Below, in pieces: positions 13,123 to 26,893 of a DNA stretch of 64,000 nucleotides. Position numbers and translations under genes: made by a program. The DNA comes from the human T2T-CHM13v2.0 reference genome, Homo sapiens: the NCBI RefSeq assembly GCF_009914755.1, contig NC_060925.1. One strand, 5' to 3'. Numbering within the stretch: position 1 is the first letter of the stretch; every line of letters starts with the position of its first letter. The notes under the pieces are model-generated. The model had not been told where the DNA came from. It was given only the letters and a program-made list of their open reading frames with translations, and did not search any database.

Positions 13123-13946
13123 CAATATATTTTAAAAGCAGCTAAAGCAGTGAATATATCTGTATACCACCCAAACAAATATTCTTAATAAAATAATTAT
13201 GGAAACTTACTCATTAGAATTATATAATTCCCTTTTCTAAAGAAAACTTTAGGTGGTTGCAGCCAAGAAAATGTAAATACTAATTTTTTAGTTTCTGTTT
13301 GCTTAGCTTTCCCTCTCAGCTCCTGGTGAGTCAAGTGCCATGTAGATCTGTAGTTCACCTCAATTTCTCCCTTGGCCTAACATTATTTTTTTTTTACATT
13401 TAACTTCTCAAGGTTAATTCTTTTGTTTGTTTAAAAATAACAGTCCTAGTAAGAATCCTGAGTTCAAATTATTTGCTAAATTTGGTTCACTTGACAGAAT
13501 ATAATACTTTTGAAATTTTAGTTAGTTAGAGCCACAAGCAGGCCAGACCTGAAAAGAGATATGGGGAAAAAAGGCAGAATTATATTATAGTACTGGGGCT
13601 TTCTTGCTGGAACTTTAGGAACACATGCCTTCTTTTTTCATCTTCCAAGAATTACAGTCATCATGAATATTCTCTATTCACTCATTAATCTTTCACTTAT
13701 TCAACAAACATTCTTAAGTTCTCATATATGCCAATCACTATTCAAATTTCTAAATGTAGATGGCACTGATCTTAAATTTACACATATATATGTACACACA
13801 CGTACACACACACACATATATATATACATACATACATGAAGTCCTCACTTAACACTGTCAATAGATTCTTAGAAACTGTGACTTTAAGGAAAACAGTGTA
13901 ATAAAATCAATTTTACCAAAGGTTAATTGATACTAGAACAGAGTTA

Positions 13947-16521
13947 TGGAGAGGATTTCTGGCAAGATGGCCGAATAGGAACACCTCCGGTCTGCAGCTC
14001 CCAGCAAGATCGACACAGAAGCTGGGTGACTTCTGCATTTCCAGCTGAGGTACCTGGTTCATCTCATTGGGACTGGTTTGACAGTGAGTGCAGTCCATGG
14101 AGGGCAAGCCAAAGCAGGGCAGGGCATTGCCTCACCCAGGAAGCACAAGGGGTTGGGGGATTTCCCTTTCTTAGCCAAGGGAAGCCGTGAGAGACTATAC
14201 CATGGGTCACACGCCCACAGAGCCCAGCAAGCTAAGATCCACTGGCTTGAAATTCTCGCTGCTAGCACAGCAGTCTGAGATCGACCTGAAAAATCTGGAG
14301 CTTGGCAGGGGGAGGGGCGTCCGCCATTGCTGAGGCTTGAGTAGGCAGTATTATGCTCACAGTGTAAACAAAGCCACAGGGAAATTCGAACTGGGCAGAG
14401 CCCACCACAGCTCAGCAAGGCTGACTGCCTCTCTAGATTCCACCTCTGAGGGCAGGGCATCTCTGAACAAAAGGCAGCAGCCCCAGTCTCCCTGGGACAG
14501 AGCCACCTTGGAGAAGGGGCAACTGTGGGCACAGCTTCAGCAGACTTAAATGTCCTTGCCTGACAGTTCTGAAGAGAGCAGTGGTTCTCCCAGCACAGTG
14601 TTCGAGCTCTGATAATGGACAGACTGCCTCCTTAAGTGGATCCCTGACCCCCATGTAGCCTGACTGGGAGATACCTCCCAGTAGGGGCTGACAGACACCT
14701 CATACAGGAGAGCTCTGGCTGGCACCTGATGGGTGTCCCTCTGGGACTAAGCTTCCAGAGGAAGGATCAGGCAGCAATATTTGCTGTTCTGTAGCCTCTG
14801 CTGGTGATACCCAGGCAAACAGGGTCTGGAGTGACCGTCCAGCAAACTCCATCAGACCTGCAGCTGAGGGTCCTGACTGTTAGAAGGAAAACTAACAAAC
14901 AGAAAGGAATAGCATCAACATCAACAAAAAGGATGTGAACACCAAGACCCCATCTGTAGGTCGCCAACATCAAAAACCAAAGGTAGATAAAACCACAAAG
15001 ATGGGGAGAAACCAGTGCAGAAAGGCTGAAAAATTCCAAAACCAGAACGCCTCTTCTCCTCCAAAGGATCACAACTCCTCACCAGCAAGGGAACAAAACT
15101 GGATGGAGAATTAGTTTGGCGAATTGACAGAAGTAGGCTTCAGGAGGTGGGTAATAAGAAACTCCTCCGAGGTAAAGGAGCATGTTCTAACCCAACGCAA
15201 GGAAGCTAAGAACCTTGAAAAAAGTTAGATGAATTGCTAACTAGAATAACAAGTGTAGAGATGAACATAAATGACCTGATGGAGCTGAAAAACACAGCAC
15301 GAGAACTTAGTGAAGCATACACAAGATTCAATAGCTGAATCAATCATGCAGAAGAAAGGATATCAGTGATTGAAGATCAACTTAATGAAATAAAGCGAAA
15401 AGACAAGAGAAAAAAGAGTGAAAAGAAATGAACAAAGACTCCAAGAAATATGGGACTATGTGAAAAGACCAAATCTACGTTTGACTGGTGTACCTGAAAG
15501 TGATGGGGAGAATGGAACCAAGTTGGAAAACACTCTTCAGGATATCATCCAGGAGAACTTCCCCAACCTAGCAAGGCAGGCCAACATTCAAATTCAGGAA
15601 ATACAGAGAACACCACAAAGATATTCCTTGAGAAGAGCAACCCCAAGACACATAACCATCAGATTCACCAAGGTTGAAATGAAAGAAAAAACGTTAAGGG
15701 CAGCCAGAGAGAAAAGTCGGGTTACCCACAAAAGGAAGCCTATCAGACTAACAGTGGATCTCTCAGCAGAAACCCTACAAGCCAGAAGAGAGTGGGAGCC
15801 AATATTCAAAGTTCTTAAAGAAAAGAATTTTCAACCCAGAATTTCATAACCAGTCAAACTAAGCTTCATAAGTGAAGGAGAAATAAAAGCCTTTATAGAC
15901 AAGCAAATGCTGAAAGATTTTGTCACCACCAGGCCTGTCTTACAAGAGCTCCTGAAGGAAGCACTAAACATGGAAAGGAACAACTGGTACCAGCCACTGC
16001 AAAAACATGCCAAATTGTAAAGACCATCAACATTGTGAAGAAACTAAATCAACTAATGGGCGAAAGAACCAGCTAGCATCATAATGACAGGATCAAATGC
16101 ACACATAACAATATTAACCTCAATGTAAATGGGCTAAATGCTCCAATTAAAAGACACAGACTCACAAATTGGATAAACAGTCAAGACCCATCAATGTGCT
16201 GTATTCAACAGATTCATCTCACATGCAAAGATACACATAGGCTCAAAATAAAGGGAGGGAGAAATATTTACCAAACAAATGGAAAGCAAAAAAAAAAAAA
16301 AAAAAAGCAGGGGTTGCAATCCTAGTCTCTGATAAAACAGACTTTAAACCAACAATGATCAGAAGAGACAGAGAAGGGTATTACATAATGGTATAGGAAT
16401 CAATGCAACAAGAAGAGCTAACTATCCTAAATATATATGGACCCAATACAGAAGCACCCAGATTCATAAAGCAAGTTCTTAGAGACCTACAAAGAGACTT
16501 AGACTCCCACACAATAATAGT
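13947..16521 (+). mobile_element. L1PA7-like element: 5' UTR, disrupted ORF1 (~15001-16020), ORF2 endonuclease start (ATG 16084); 3'-truncated
   Basis: GGCAAGATGGCCGAATAGGAAC 5' end with YY1 motif; ORF track 15418..15849 (WDYVKRPNLRL...) is L1 ORF1p; stops and frameshifts present. Confidence 0.93.
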
Positions 16522-16525
16522 TAAA

Positions 16526-16570
16526 GCCACTGCACTCCAGCCTGGGCAACAGAGTGAAACTCCATCTCAA

Positions 16571-16601
<31 letters not shown>

Positions 16602-16610
16602 AAAATAAAT
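16526..16610 (+). mobile_element. Alu 3'-terminal fragment with (TAAA)n tail
   Basis: GCCACTGCACTCCAGCCTGGGCAACAGAGTGAAACTCCATCTCAAAATAAATAAA... Confidence 0.9.
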
Positions 16611-17332
16611 AATATATATTTTTAAAAAGAGTTAAGTTCTTATGGCATATCTCTGGTCACAAAAGCATCACCAAACTTCTAAATAAAGACAAAAGACTTC
16701 TAATATTAAATATTGAAATAACAGTGAGTTATACATACATATAAGAAAGACTAACTAAAACAAGTAAGATCATTATTTACTCAACTTTGGTGAATAAGTG
16801 AATGACGGTGGTCATCGTGGTGGTGGGTTAAATCAAGATGTTTGCAAAGTGAAAACTTTAAAGAGTACTTCCTATCACCACACGGTTCAAAAACAATGAC
16901 AAATATGGCAAGTTCACTGAGTGCTTTTGTACAGAGTCATTTATTGTTATACATTTGTATGATTATTGTATACTTTACAAATTTTTTTGACAATAATTTG
17001 TATTCATTCAGTCATTATCCAACCCATTTATTCTAGTGGGTAGCTGGAGCCTATCCTGGGAACCCACCCTGGACAAGCTGCTATCCCATCAAAGGGCATG
17101 CACACACACATCCACACTCACTCAAACTGAGACCATAAAGACAGGCAATTCACCTAATGTGCACAGTTTTGGGATGTGATAGGACACCAAAATGGAGAAA
17201 ATCCACAAATCCATGGGCAGAACATGCAAACACCCCACAGACAGTGGCCCCAGCCAGGGATCAATTTTTTTTTCTCATCAATTTTATAAGGAAATTCTGT
17301 TGAATGAAGCGATATTATTTGAGGACCTGTTC

Positions 17333-17334
<2 letters not shown>

Positions 17335-17370
<36 letters not shown>
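17335..17370. repeat. (TG)n microsatellite
   Basis: About 18 TG units, directly visible. Confidence 0.95.
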
Positions 17371-17371
<1 letters not shown>

Positions 17372-17390
17372 ATTTGAAATGAAGTTCCCT

Positions 17391-17780
17391 TGTGATGGCT
17401 GGTCAAAGATAATGCCCCCGTAAATATTCTCTGTATTAGAGATGAACTTGGCTGTCCTTCCTCCCTAAAACATTTATCTGCTCCCCAGCATTTCCAAAAG
17501 CTCTTGTATTAGGTGAAGCCATGTGTAAAGTTCTGGCCAAGGACTCTGAGCAGACTTGACATGTCATTTTGGAGCCAAACCATTTAAGGGTTGGGCCCCC
17601 TCCTTTCTACCATGTTCTTTCTTTGCCATAGCAGCATCACAGGCCATCTGTAAGACACTGACACTATTAAACAGTGATGTCTTCCTTAGTCACACTGGAC
17701 ATGGAGTATCAGTGAGAAATGAACTAAACTAGGCTAAGTCACTGAGAGTAAAGGGTCTGTTACCCTAGTCTGACAGTGTC
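17391..17780 (+). mobile_element. Old MaLR LTR (MLT1I/J-like)
   Basis: CCATGTGTAAAGTTCTGGCCAA..CTGAGCAGA..TGACATGTCA motif. Confidence 0.45.
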
Positions 17781-18063
17781 AGGCTGTTAAACATGATGGA
17801 ATTATCCTGAAATGATAGAGGAAGTGTTGATATGAAGAGTAGGGATTATAATATATCAAATCATACATTTCTTGACTTCTAGGAACTGTGTGTATCAATT
17901 GAAAAGTATTGCATATTATACAGATATAACCATTTAGTTTCTGCCTGGTTGGTAATGACCTCTATTCATGAGAAGATAAAAGAAGGTTCTACACCTCTGA
18001 CAATCCACTTTCTCATGAATTATTTCCTTCATCTTGAAGAGACTTTTAGATTCTCAGACTATA

Positions 18064-18231
18064 CAGGCAGATTTACAGTGAAGATAATGAGGCTTAACCT
18101 TCAGTACCCCTCATATTATGGTCCCCTTCCAAGGCCCTATACTTAACTTGATAATTTTGTATTATTTTCCCAAAAGAGCATCCTCTCAAGTTGAATAAGC
18201 TTCAGGCCCCATAAAAACCTAGATCTAGCTC
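18064..18231. mobile_element. MER53-like hAT MITE
   Basis: GGCAGATTTACAGTGAAGATAATGAGGCTTAA...AAGCTTCAGGCCCCATAAAAACCTAGATC. Confidence 0.6.
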
Positions 18232-19459
18232 TAACTGATCTTTTACATTACTACATTTACCTGGCACTCGGCTTTATTTTTGTGTTTTACCAGTTATTTA
18301 TCTAGTTCTCCAGAAGTAAACAATAAAAAAAACCTTCTCCCCTTGTGGCCTGGGCACTGACTATGCATATTTCCCTCTTTAGGTTACTGGGCCAAAAAGA
18401 TGTTTCCTTTGCCTGGGTGTTTAAGCCACTGATGTTGTGAGCTTCAGTCATCTTCAATAGCTCTCATTTGCATATGGAGACTGGCACCTACATATTCACA
18501 TATACATGGAAACACATATACACACCCACAGACTTATGAACACACATGGAAAACACATTTTGTGATGTGTTTATTTCATATAATAAGATCACCTTGTAAT
18601 AGAGACCTTTACCACATATCAATATCAGGTGAACAAGGCCACTGTCTAAAGATTTCTACTGCAGAGGTCTGTCATTTTCACAAGGTCCAGCTCATCTCAG
18701 AGGCCACATAGTGTACTCTTAGGCAAATTAGTTAAACCATATTAACCTATGCTGATGAGTTTTTGGAGTTAGCCTATCAAATGAACAAACAAAAACAAAA
18801 ATGAAAAAACAACATCTGTATGATTACCAGGTGACTTTCTTCTTCTCAAAAGTACTTTATCGTGTAAATCATGAGAGCAGCTGCCATTTTTATATGGATC
18901 CATTCTGGCTAGAAGGATGGTAGGAGGAGGCAAAAGGGGTGGCCAGGAAAAGAGTGGTTAACAATTACACATGCAGGTAGCGTGTTAGAAACTCTCTTTC
19001 TAAAGCAATGATAAAGTACTCCATTCTTTATTTAACTCTCATAATCAGTCTTCTTCTTTATCTGAAGAACCACATTTTTAGAAGTAAAATTCTAAAAAAA
19101 GTCAGCTTTCAACCTTGTATTTTTTTTCTCTAAATGTAGGAAAGAAGGGAAAATAGGAGGTTTTTGAAATTACTATAAATAGGGCTTTTAACCTAAAAGT
19201 TGATTCCTCAGCAGAATAGTTTAGATAGTTAATGCAAATAATGAAGCAGATTAGAGTTTTTTTCTTGAAATATTAGTGGCACTGAATGCTCGTATCTCAA
19301 TTTTGTCAATCTATAGGATATATTTATCAATCTTTGACCTCTACATAGGACAGAAAATTTTAGTATAAACAATTAAAATATTTAAAGGGTATTATTTGTT
19401 CTTGATGTCATTCCAAGGGCTAAACAGTACACACAGGAAATTAAAAGATATCCCTCTTT

Positions 19460-20900
19460 CTTGTTTTATTAAGCACTGGGGATAAACAAATTAAGATACA
19501 GGGAATCCACAGTCAAATGTGTGGAACAGCATATAATCAATTTGTTGTAATGCCATGTAAATAAGTAATATAATAATACAATAATATAATAAAGGCATAC
19601 ACAGAAGCACTGGATAAAAGACTTTCAGAGCATGCCCCTTGACTCTAGAAGATCAATCAGAAATTCTCTAAGCAGACAAAAGCGTAAGGGCACTTGAGGT
19701 AGAGGAGATAGAGAATTGAATAATCTGATAGGTGGAACATGGGGCTTGAGACTTCTGATGGCAGGAGAAGCTGGAAAGGTAGGAACTGTCAAGGCCATTA
19801 AGATTTTCTTCTTTCCTGCTACTTGGAAAGGGTTTTTTTGTTTTTTTTTTTTTTAACTTTATCCTATTGCAGTTGGGATATGACCAAAGAGTTGATTTCC
19901 ACTTCAGGATATGCAGAATAGATTTGAAGAAAGAAATAGCAAGAACTAAACATTGTCATTGGAGATTCAGAGGAGAGTTTTAAGAGCAATGAGATAAGAG
20001 GATGCAAAAGAGTTGGTTATATATGACATGTGGTGGAGAATTATGTTAAGGATGACCTGCAGGATAGGTTCTGAAAGGGAAGATCTATGATTTTAGTCTG
20101 TAGCATGTTGAGTTTGAATGCCATGTGGGTCATCCAAGTGAACATGTTCAGTGGATGATTAGAAATATGCCTGGAACTCAAGAGAGATGCTGTTAGGACC
20201 TGTTAGAACATGGGCAATGTGATTATGGGCAATGTCAAAAAACATGGCCTTGCATGCCGTGAACCAGGAAACATACAAATTGAGAAGAAAGCTATATATG
20301 GGAGAATGATGCAGTAGTCTGTTCAGGATGCTATAAATACCATAGACTTGGTGGCATACGAATAACAGAAATTTATTTCTCATATCCCTAGAGGCTTGGG
20401 AGTCCAATATTAAGACACTGGCAGACTCACTGTCTATGAGGACCTGCTTCCTGGTTCATAGATGGCTGTCTTCTTGCTATGTCTTCACATGGCAGAAGGG
20501 GTGAGGGAATGCTCTGGGGCCTCTTTTATGAGCATTAATCCCATTCATTAGGGCTCTGCCCTTATGACCTAATCATCTCCTAAAGGCCCCACCTTTAAAT
20601 ATGATCACTTGAGGGATTAGGTTTCAACATATAACTTTTAGGGAGACACAAACATTCAGTTTACGAACGTGATAGCACCAAAATTTAAGGAAAAAATAAC
20701 AGCAGGAAAAAAAGTCAGAAGGGTAAGAAAGGATATAAAGAGCAGCATGTGGTGTCATGGAAATTGAGATGGAAAAAGATGTGTCAAAGAGGGCAAAATT
20801 AATAGTAGTGAATGCTTCTGAAAGTTCCAGCAAAATACAGGCTAAAAGATGTTGATTTGACTTAGCAAGAAGGAGGTTATTGGTGATTTTGTTGATGTTT
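19460..20900 (-). mobile_element. L2 fragments interrupted by an MLT1A-type LTR
   Basis: AGCATGTTGAGTTTGA..GCC.TGTGGG.CATCCAAGTG and GGTGTCATGGAAA L2 motifs on either side of the LTR. Confidence 0.5.
20312..20673 (-). mobile_element. MLT1A0-like MaLR LTR
   Basis: AATACCATAGACTTGGTGGC...CCTAATCATCTCCTAAAGGCCCCACC...GGGAGACACAAACATTCAG. Confidence 0.8.
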
Positions 20901-21682
20901 TCATTACAGGGTCAAAAGATGAAATGGAAGTCTGATTTTATAGAATTGATATGTAAAACACAAGACAGGATGTTTATGTATTTTGGTAAGATTTGAATGG
21001 CCTGAGAAAGTGTATATTTAGCAGAGAAGGAATCAATAAATGTGACAAGTGGGGCAGATAGGAAACTACAGAAAAGAGCAAATAGTTGTTTAATCATTTC
21101 AATATACATATTTACAATAAAAGTAAAAATATATATAAAGAGATTCTTTGTTCTTTTTGAATGTAGGCTTTAAAAATCTTCAACTTTGTTACACACTAAA
21201 TCATAGCCAAGGAAGATATCTGTGAATGATTATTAAGGACCATTGCAATGTGTAGGACACTGCTAGAGAAGGCTGTCAATAGAAAGATGGTAACACACAT
21301 TTTCTGACTGTAAAGACTTTATAACCTAAGTGAGGCAATTAAACAAATAGGCAAATGACCGGAACAAAAGATAGGGTAAGATGAGTGCCATAGGGCTGTA
21401 CAGGCAAAGTATCATGCCTGAACTTCAATTTATTGTGCCTTCTGATTAGCAGCCTCTGAAGCATTCCCTTCCAGTTTTCCCCAAAGCGGAAAATTCCCAG
21501 CATGGAAAATAATGAATAATAACAGCAAACACTTATCTAACACTTACTATGGCCCAGGCACTGTTCTGGGTATATCACATTCACTTATGTTTAAAACTTT
21601 CATGATAGATAAATATTATATCCATTTGACAGATTATTAAGACAAAAAGCCTACTTTTTGCGCTTTAAAAAGATCTCTTACA

Positions 21683-21962
21683 GCCGGGTGCGGTGGCGCA
21701 TGTCTGTAATCCCAGCACTTTGGGAGGCCGATGTGGGTGGATCACGAGGTCAGGAGTTTGAGACCAGCCTGGCCAATATAGTGAAACCCCGTCTCTACTA
21801 AAAATACCAGAAATTAGCTGGGCATAGTGGTGCATGCCTGCAGTCCCAGCTACTTGGGACGGAGGAGAATAGCTTGAATCCGGGAGACAGAAGTTGGAGG
21901 TTGCAGTGAACCAAGGCTGTACCATTGCACTCCAGCCTGGGTAACAGAGTGAGACTCTGTCT

Positions 21963-22007
<45 letters not shown>
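21683..22007 (+). mobile_element. Alu (AluSg/Sc-like) with pure A44 tail
   Basis: Full dimer; TSD ATCTCTTACA on both sides; A-run 21964-22007. Confidence 0.92.
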
Positions 22008-22010
<3 letters not shown>

Positions 22011-24370
22011 CTTACATTTGTAAAGTGAGATTTACTGAGACAAAATAAACGTATTGGAATTCTTCTTATTCTGGTGTACGACTGAGACCATTGCTAGTAA
22101 GAACAACAAAGATACTCACTGGAAGGATTGTTGGTAACTCATGAATCTAAATGAAGAAATCTGGGACTAAGCTCAGAAAATGGGTAGATACCAAAGCAGG
22201 CTAGGTAGCAGAAGCTCAGTAGACAATGCCACATATATGGCCATCTTTGACATTGCTATCACTGGAAATTTTCGCTGCCACTCTTGGACTCAACACCACT
22301 GGGAATGACTTCTTGTCTTTTGTCCTGGTATCACTTTAGAAGTGCTAACATGAACATCAAACGACTGGCTCTATATCCCAGGAGTTGAAGTGAAAACTTT
22401 TTGATCCCTCTAAATTTGTGTTAAGACATGGTTAATAACTCAAAACAGGCCAAAGGGTATTTCCCCAGAAAAAGAACATTTAGATGATTTATAGGCAAAA
22501 GTAAACAAAAGAATCTGACAAATGTACATCTACATTTTTCTTATGATACCAACACCTCTCACTACTCCCATAAGGTGGCTCAATCCTAATATAAGTATTC
22601 TTTATACAACTACAAAAGCATACATTTAAACATATACATTTTCTCTATCCACTTCTCTAAGGGAAATAACTCAAAGTCTCATTAGTTACTACATTCAGCT
22701 TGGAGCCCAGGATCACTGTGCAATGGCCATTATGCTCCAGTTCTATTATGATACTTCATTAATATTATATGGAATAGAGGAAATGGAGAGGAAGAAAAAA
22801 TATAAAGTATACAAATGCATTCGTGATAAAACATGAAGGCAATATGAGTAGAGGTTGTGATCTTTATTTCTGTATATATTTATGAAGCCATAGTTAAAAT
22901 GCATTACTTTCCACCTCCACCATCTCTTCAAGGTACTTTTGCCTTCAGCCAACAATTCACTATAACAGGCTTTACCTGGTAGGCTTACCCAAATATTCTT
23001 TCCTGAGAAATACAAGCCCTTGCTTGTAAAGTGTTGAGGCAGCGTTCCATTAACTTTAGCTCTAGACATGGAAGTATATGGAGATGTTCCAAGGGATAGC
23101 TGGAGCTCTATCTGTACTCCTTCATAGTTTTATTGTGTGAAAACTCTGTTTCCCATTGATAATCAGACACTTACTGGGAAAAGTAAGCCTAGAAATTCCC
23201 TGGTTAAAGTATGGGCAGGAACTTAGCAAATCCAGTGGCACAAAACAAAGTCATGTTAGAACACAGAAAGAATCTGGAAGAACTTCTGGTAATACAGCCA
23301 TAGGAAACTAGTAGTTTCTCTCCTGGAATGTTGAGCTGCAATGGCAGTGAATAATTTATAAATTACCTCTGTCTTAGCAATATTTCAAGATCCAGAATCA
23401 TGGGCAAGAATAAATAATCAATCAGGTGCCCTCACTGTAGCTGAGTGTAGGGGGAGGGAATGTCTGATACCTTTAGCCCCATTGTGAATGACAAGCAAGT
23501 TTCCTCCTTAAAAACCCACAAAGCCTACTAATACTTTGCCTCATAAAACCGAGAAGCCTCACTTGCCTAAAATAAGATAGGGAGATAGGTTACTCCCTTT
23601 CCACTGCTGCATCCTAGTTCAAACCCTGTATCTGTACCAGTATAAAAATGGGATCTCTTCCCCAGTATGAATGTGTTTGCTGCTACTTATGCTAGCTAGA
23701 GTCTGCTGAATCACTCTGTATAGACTCAACCATTATGATATATTAATTACAATAAAACTGTTGGTCAGAAAATGTATATGTTTGAATGTATAGGGTGGTG
23801 CTCGTATGTCTCATTTGCTTTATGTGCGAAAGTTATCATAGGATTATGGATGAAGACAAAGACAGGAAGAGCTCAGCCAACAATTGTTTAAGTGTCAGTG
23901 ACCCAGAAAGTGACAGGGTAGGGTGAAGGAGTTGGGTGAGAAGCAAGAAAAAGAGATCAGTAAACAGAACAACATGCATACATACATATACCCCTAAACC
24001 TAGAAAAACAACCCAAAATATTAACAGTGGTTATCTGTGGGTCATAGGCTATTACTTTCATTTTATAATTTAAATACATTTTCTACTTTTCAAAAATAAT
24101 GCTGCTATTATAATTGAAATACAATATTTTAAATTGTTATAGTGACTCAGAAGAAAGTGTAAAATACATCTAATTGGAAGGATTAGACAAATTTCTATGG
24201 ATCACAGTGTTGGGGTATTAGATTTCATTAAAAATTATGCAGGTGACATTTGTGATATGGAGCGTATCGGCCAGGAGTGAAAAATAACTGGAGTCAAGGA
24301 AGAAGTCATATAATCATGGTTTTCAAGAACCATTAATGTTCTAATTTGAATGGGATGGGACGTGCTATTA

Positions 24371-24728
24371 TAGGTCAAGAATCCCTAATCTGAAAATCTG
24401 AAATCAAAATGTTCCGAAGTCCAAAACTTTTTGATACCTGACATGACACAAGTGGGAAATTCCACACCTGACCTCATGTGATGGGTCACAGTAAAAATGT
24501 GGTCAAAACTTTGTTTCATGCACCAAATTATTGAAAATGTTTTATAAAATTACATTCAAGCTATGTGTACAAATGTATATAAGACACAAATGAATTTCAT
24601 GTTTAAATTTTGGTCCTATCCATAATATACCTCATTATGTATATGCAAATATTCCAGAATTTAAAAAAAAATCTGAAATCTGAAACAATTCTGGTCCCAA
24701 GCAACTTGGATAAGGGATGCTCAATCTG
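24371..24728. mobile_element. Tigger4-like (Zombi) non-autonomous DNA transposon
   Basis: Degenerate TIRs TAGGTCAAGAATCCCTAATC ... GATAAGGGATGCTCAATCTG flanked by TA dinucleotides. Confidence 0.75.
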
Positions 24729-25619
24729 TAGAAGATAAATACCAGAAACAAATCAAGAAATATGGTAGCGCTTCTAAAGAGAGTATTTGAGGTAGAAATA
24801 ATATATTGTTCTTTAGACTTTCTTTTATTATGTATGTGTCTGTACATATGTGTGATCTGTGTCTGTGTGGGTGTGTGAAATTTAAAAAAAATCATTCTGC
24901 TTAAGTCTGTAATTTGCACTGAAGGTAAGAGTTACTCTATGAAAGAGTGCAACAGAATTCTAAGAAATCTTTTAAAAAGTGCTGGCTGAAAGGGTAGGAA
25001 TAGGAAAACAAATTAACCAACAATATACATATTGCTTTCTAGATTTAACTAAAAAAATTTTTTTAGACATAAGTGATCTGAATAATGAAGTTAAAGGCAG
25101 TATAGGACACTAACACCCAGAACCCATAACATTTAAAACTTTACATGGGCTATAGTATGAGTAGACCTCGGTCTCCATATTTCTGTCTTCAATATTGGTT
25201 TTCTTACTACCCCACAAAGCCAGTACGATACGTTGGGTTTTTGTGATAGTAGCACTCCTATTTTGGTAACAAGTTCTCTACTGATTAAATCACTCATAGA
25301 TGCTGGCCTAATATAGTTGATGTGGTTGCAAAGCCCTTAATATAACTGAATTTTCTTTTGGATGATGTAAAGTACAAAACAGGTATTCTCTATCATACTC
25401 CAAACAGGGATTTAGGAGGCCAGGTTCTTTCTATCTAGGGAATTTTTTAAGCAATAATGTTTTAAAGGCTTACATATATAACCAGTGAGTATTAAAGAGA
25501 AATTTTGAATAGCATTAGCTACATCGTATTTAGTGAACAATGTCATAATTATAGTGAGACACTCATCCTTCTAGATATATGAAATCACTATTGAAAATGG
25601 ATGCAAATTTTACAAAGGA

Positions 25620-26417
25620 TTTTTCTGTCTTTTTTAACAGTTTATTTTTCAAATTTTCTACCATTGGTATGTATTAAACAGACTTATGGTTAATATATAC
25701 CATTTCTGTATATTTTATGAATCCAATATATAATTATATGGGTTGTCTCTTGCTTCTCTCCTCTGTCTTTTCCCTGTCTTCACATGTATACCAAACAGGG
25801 CAAACCCATCAAAAGTAAATATACAAAAATCTTACAGTCTTCAAGGAAGGTGATAAGAATGTTTAATTTACTTTTCATAGTTCATATTTTCTGAATTTTT
25901 ATAACAGCATATATCACTGACAAAATATTGAAACCATACTTTAAAAAATAAATTCAGAAATTGTTTTAACAAAATAAGCAGGAAATATATAAAAGCAGGT
26001 AATAAAAGTCATCAACGTACACAGTGTCTTAATAAAAGTCAGCAGTTGGAGTAGAAATTACTATTCTAAGGTTTCCAGAAAAACCTAAATTAGCTTATGA
26101 ATTGCTATATTTAGAAAGAATATGAAACAGAATATCAGCAATGTCATTGCAACATTGTCTGCAATACATTAAATCAGTTTAATTGTTCCTTAGGCATCTG
26201 ATCTAAGAAATTTTTCAGAGGTGCTAAGTCAACTTTAAGTTAAATTATGACCAATAAGAGAAACATTTTAACTAATCTTTATATTTTTAGAAGACTTATA
26301 TATAAATCCATCTTGTGATGTAGAGTATTTCTTGCTTTAGAGTATTATTTCAAATTCCTTCAACTAAAAATAATGACTATAATTTAAGATGATCATAGGA
26401 TGTGATCTGGCATTGAT
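25620..26417 (-). other. LRRIQ3: LRRIQ3 3' UTR (end inferred from poly(A) signal)
   Basis: AU-rich unique sequence after the TGA; minus-strand AATAAA at 25646-25641. Confidence 0.6.
25641..25646 (-). terminator. LRRIQ3: Putative polyadenylation signal AATAAA of LRRIQ3
   Basis: TTTATT on the + strand about 770 nt past the stop codon; other weaker sites may also be used. Confidence 0.55.
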
Positions 26418-26574
26418 TCATTTTATCAGTCCATTGGGAACTTTAAAGTCTAAATTTGTTTTCACAATTGCTACTTTTGTTTTAGCATCTTGAAGTCTTT
26501 CACAGGCTTTTTCAAAGGCAATCATATCCATAACAAATTTTTCTTCACAATGTCTTTTATATATTTCTTGAGAT
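26418..26574 (-). CDS. LRRIQ3: LRRIQ3 terminal coding exon (R/SQEIYKRHCEEKFVMDMIAFEKACERLQDAKTKVAIVKTNLDFKVPNGLIK*)
   Basis: Acceptor CCTTTCTTTCTCCTCTTAG|ATCTCAA; phase matches the upstream exon (AG|A = Arg); TGA at 26420-26418; peptide matches the recalled LRRIQ3 C-terminus. Confidence 0.9.
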
Positions 26575-26893
26575 CTAAGAGGAGAAAGAAAGGTAATAGA
26601 ATGAGATACTTTTAAATACTGAAACCATGGCAATCTATTAGACTATTAATGATAATAATTAGATGTCTTCGAAATAGGCATATACAAGTTAGAAAGACAC
26701 AACTCCATTTATATAACTTGGTTATATCATTAAACAATACTCAGACAAGTATTTATGAGATATCTATAAGCTATAATTAAAAATTCTCACAAACTATGGC
26801 TTAGATTTCCAAAGAGGCATCTAAACTACCCTATGTCATCACCTAAAATACATCTCCTTAAGCCTCACTAAACCCAAGCTACTTCTTCGACTC

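Larger units (their letters stand above)
13835..17332 (+). mobile_element. MER82 (TcMar-Tigger) DNA transposon, split into 13835-13946 and 16628-17332
   Basis: AAGTCCTCACTTAAC..ATAGATTCTTAGAAACTGTGACTTTAAG left end continues as AAGAGTTAAGTTCTTATGGCATATCTCTGGTCACAAAA after the L1 insert; ends TTTGAGGACCTG. Confidence 0.75.

Noticed and set aside
13913-15072. Cluster of overlapping ORFs in the L1 5' UTR (possible ORF0)
   Set aside because: A GC-rich UTR gives long stop-free frames; I could not recognise an intact ORF0. The same applies to 37151-38360.
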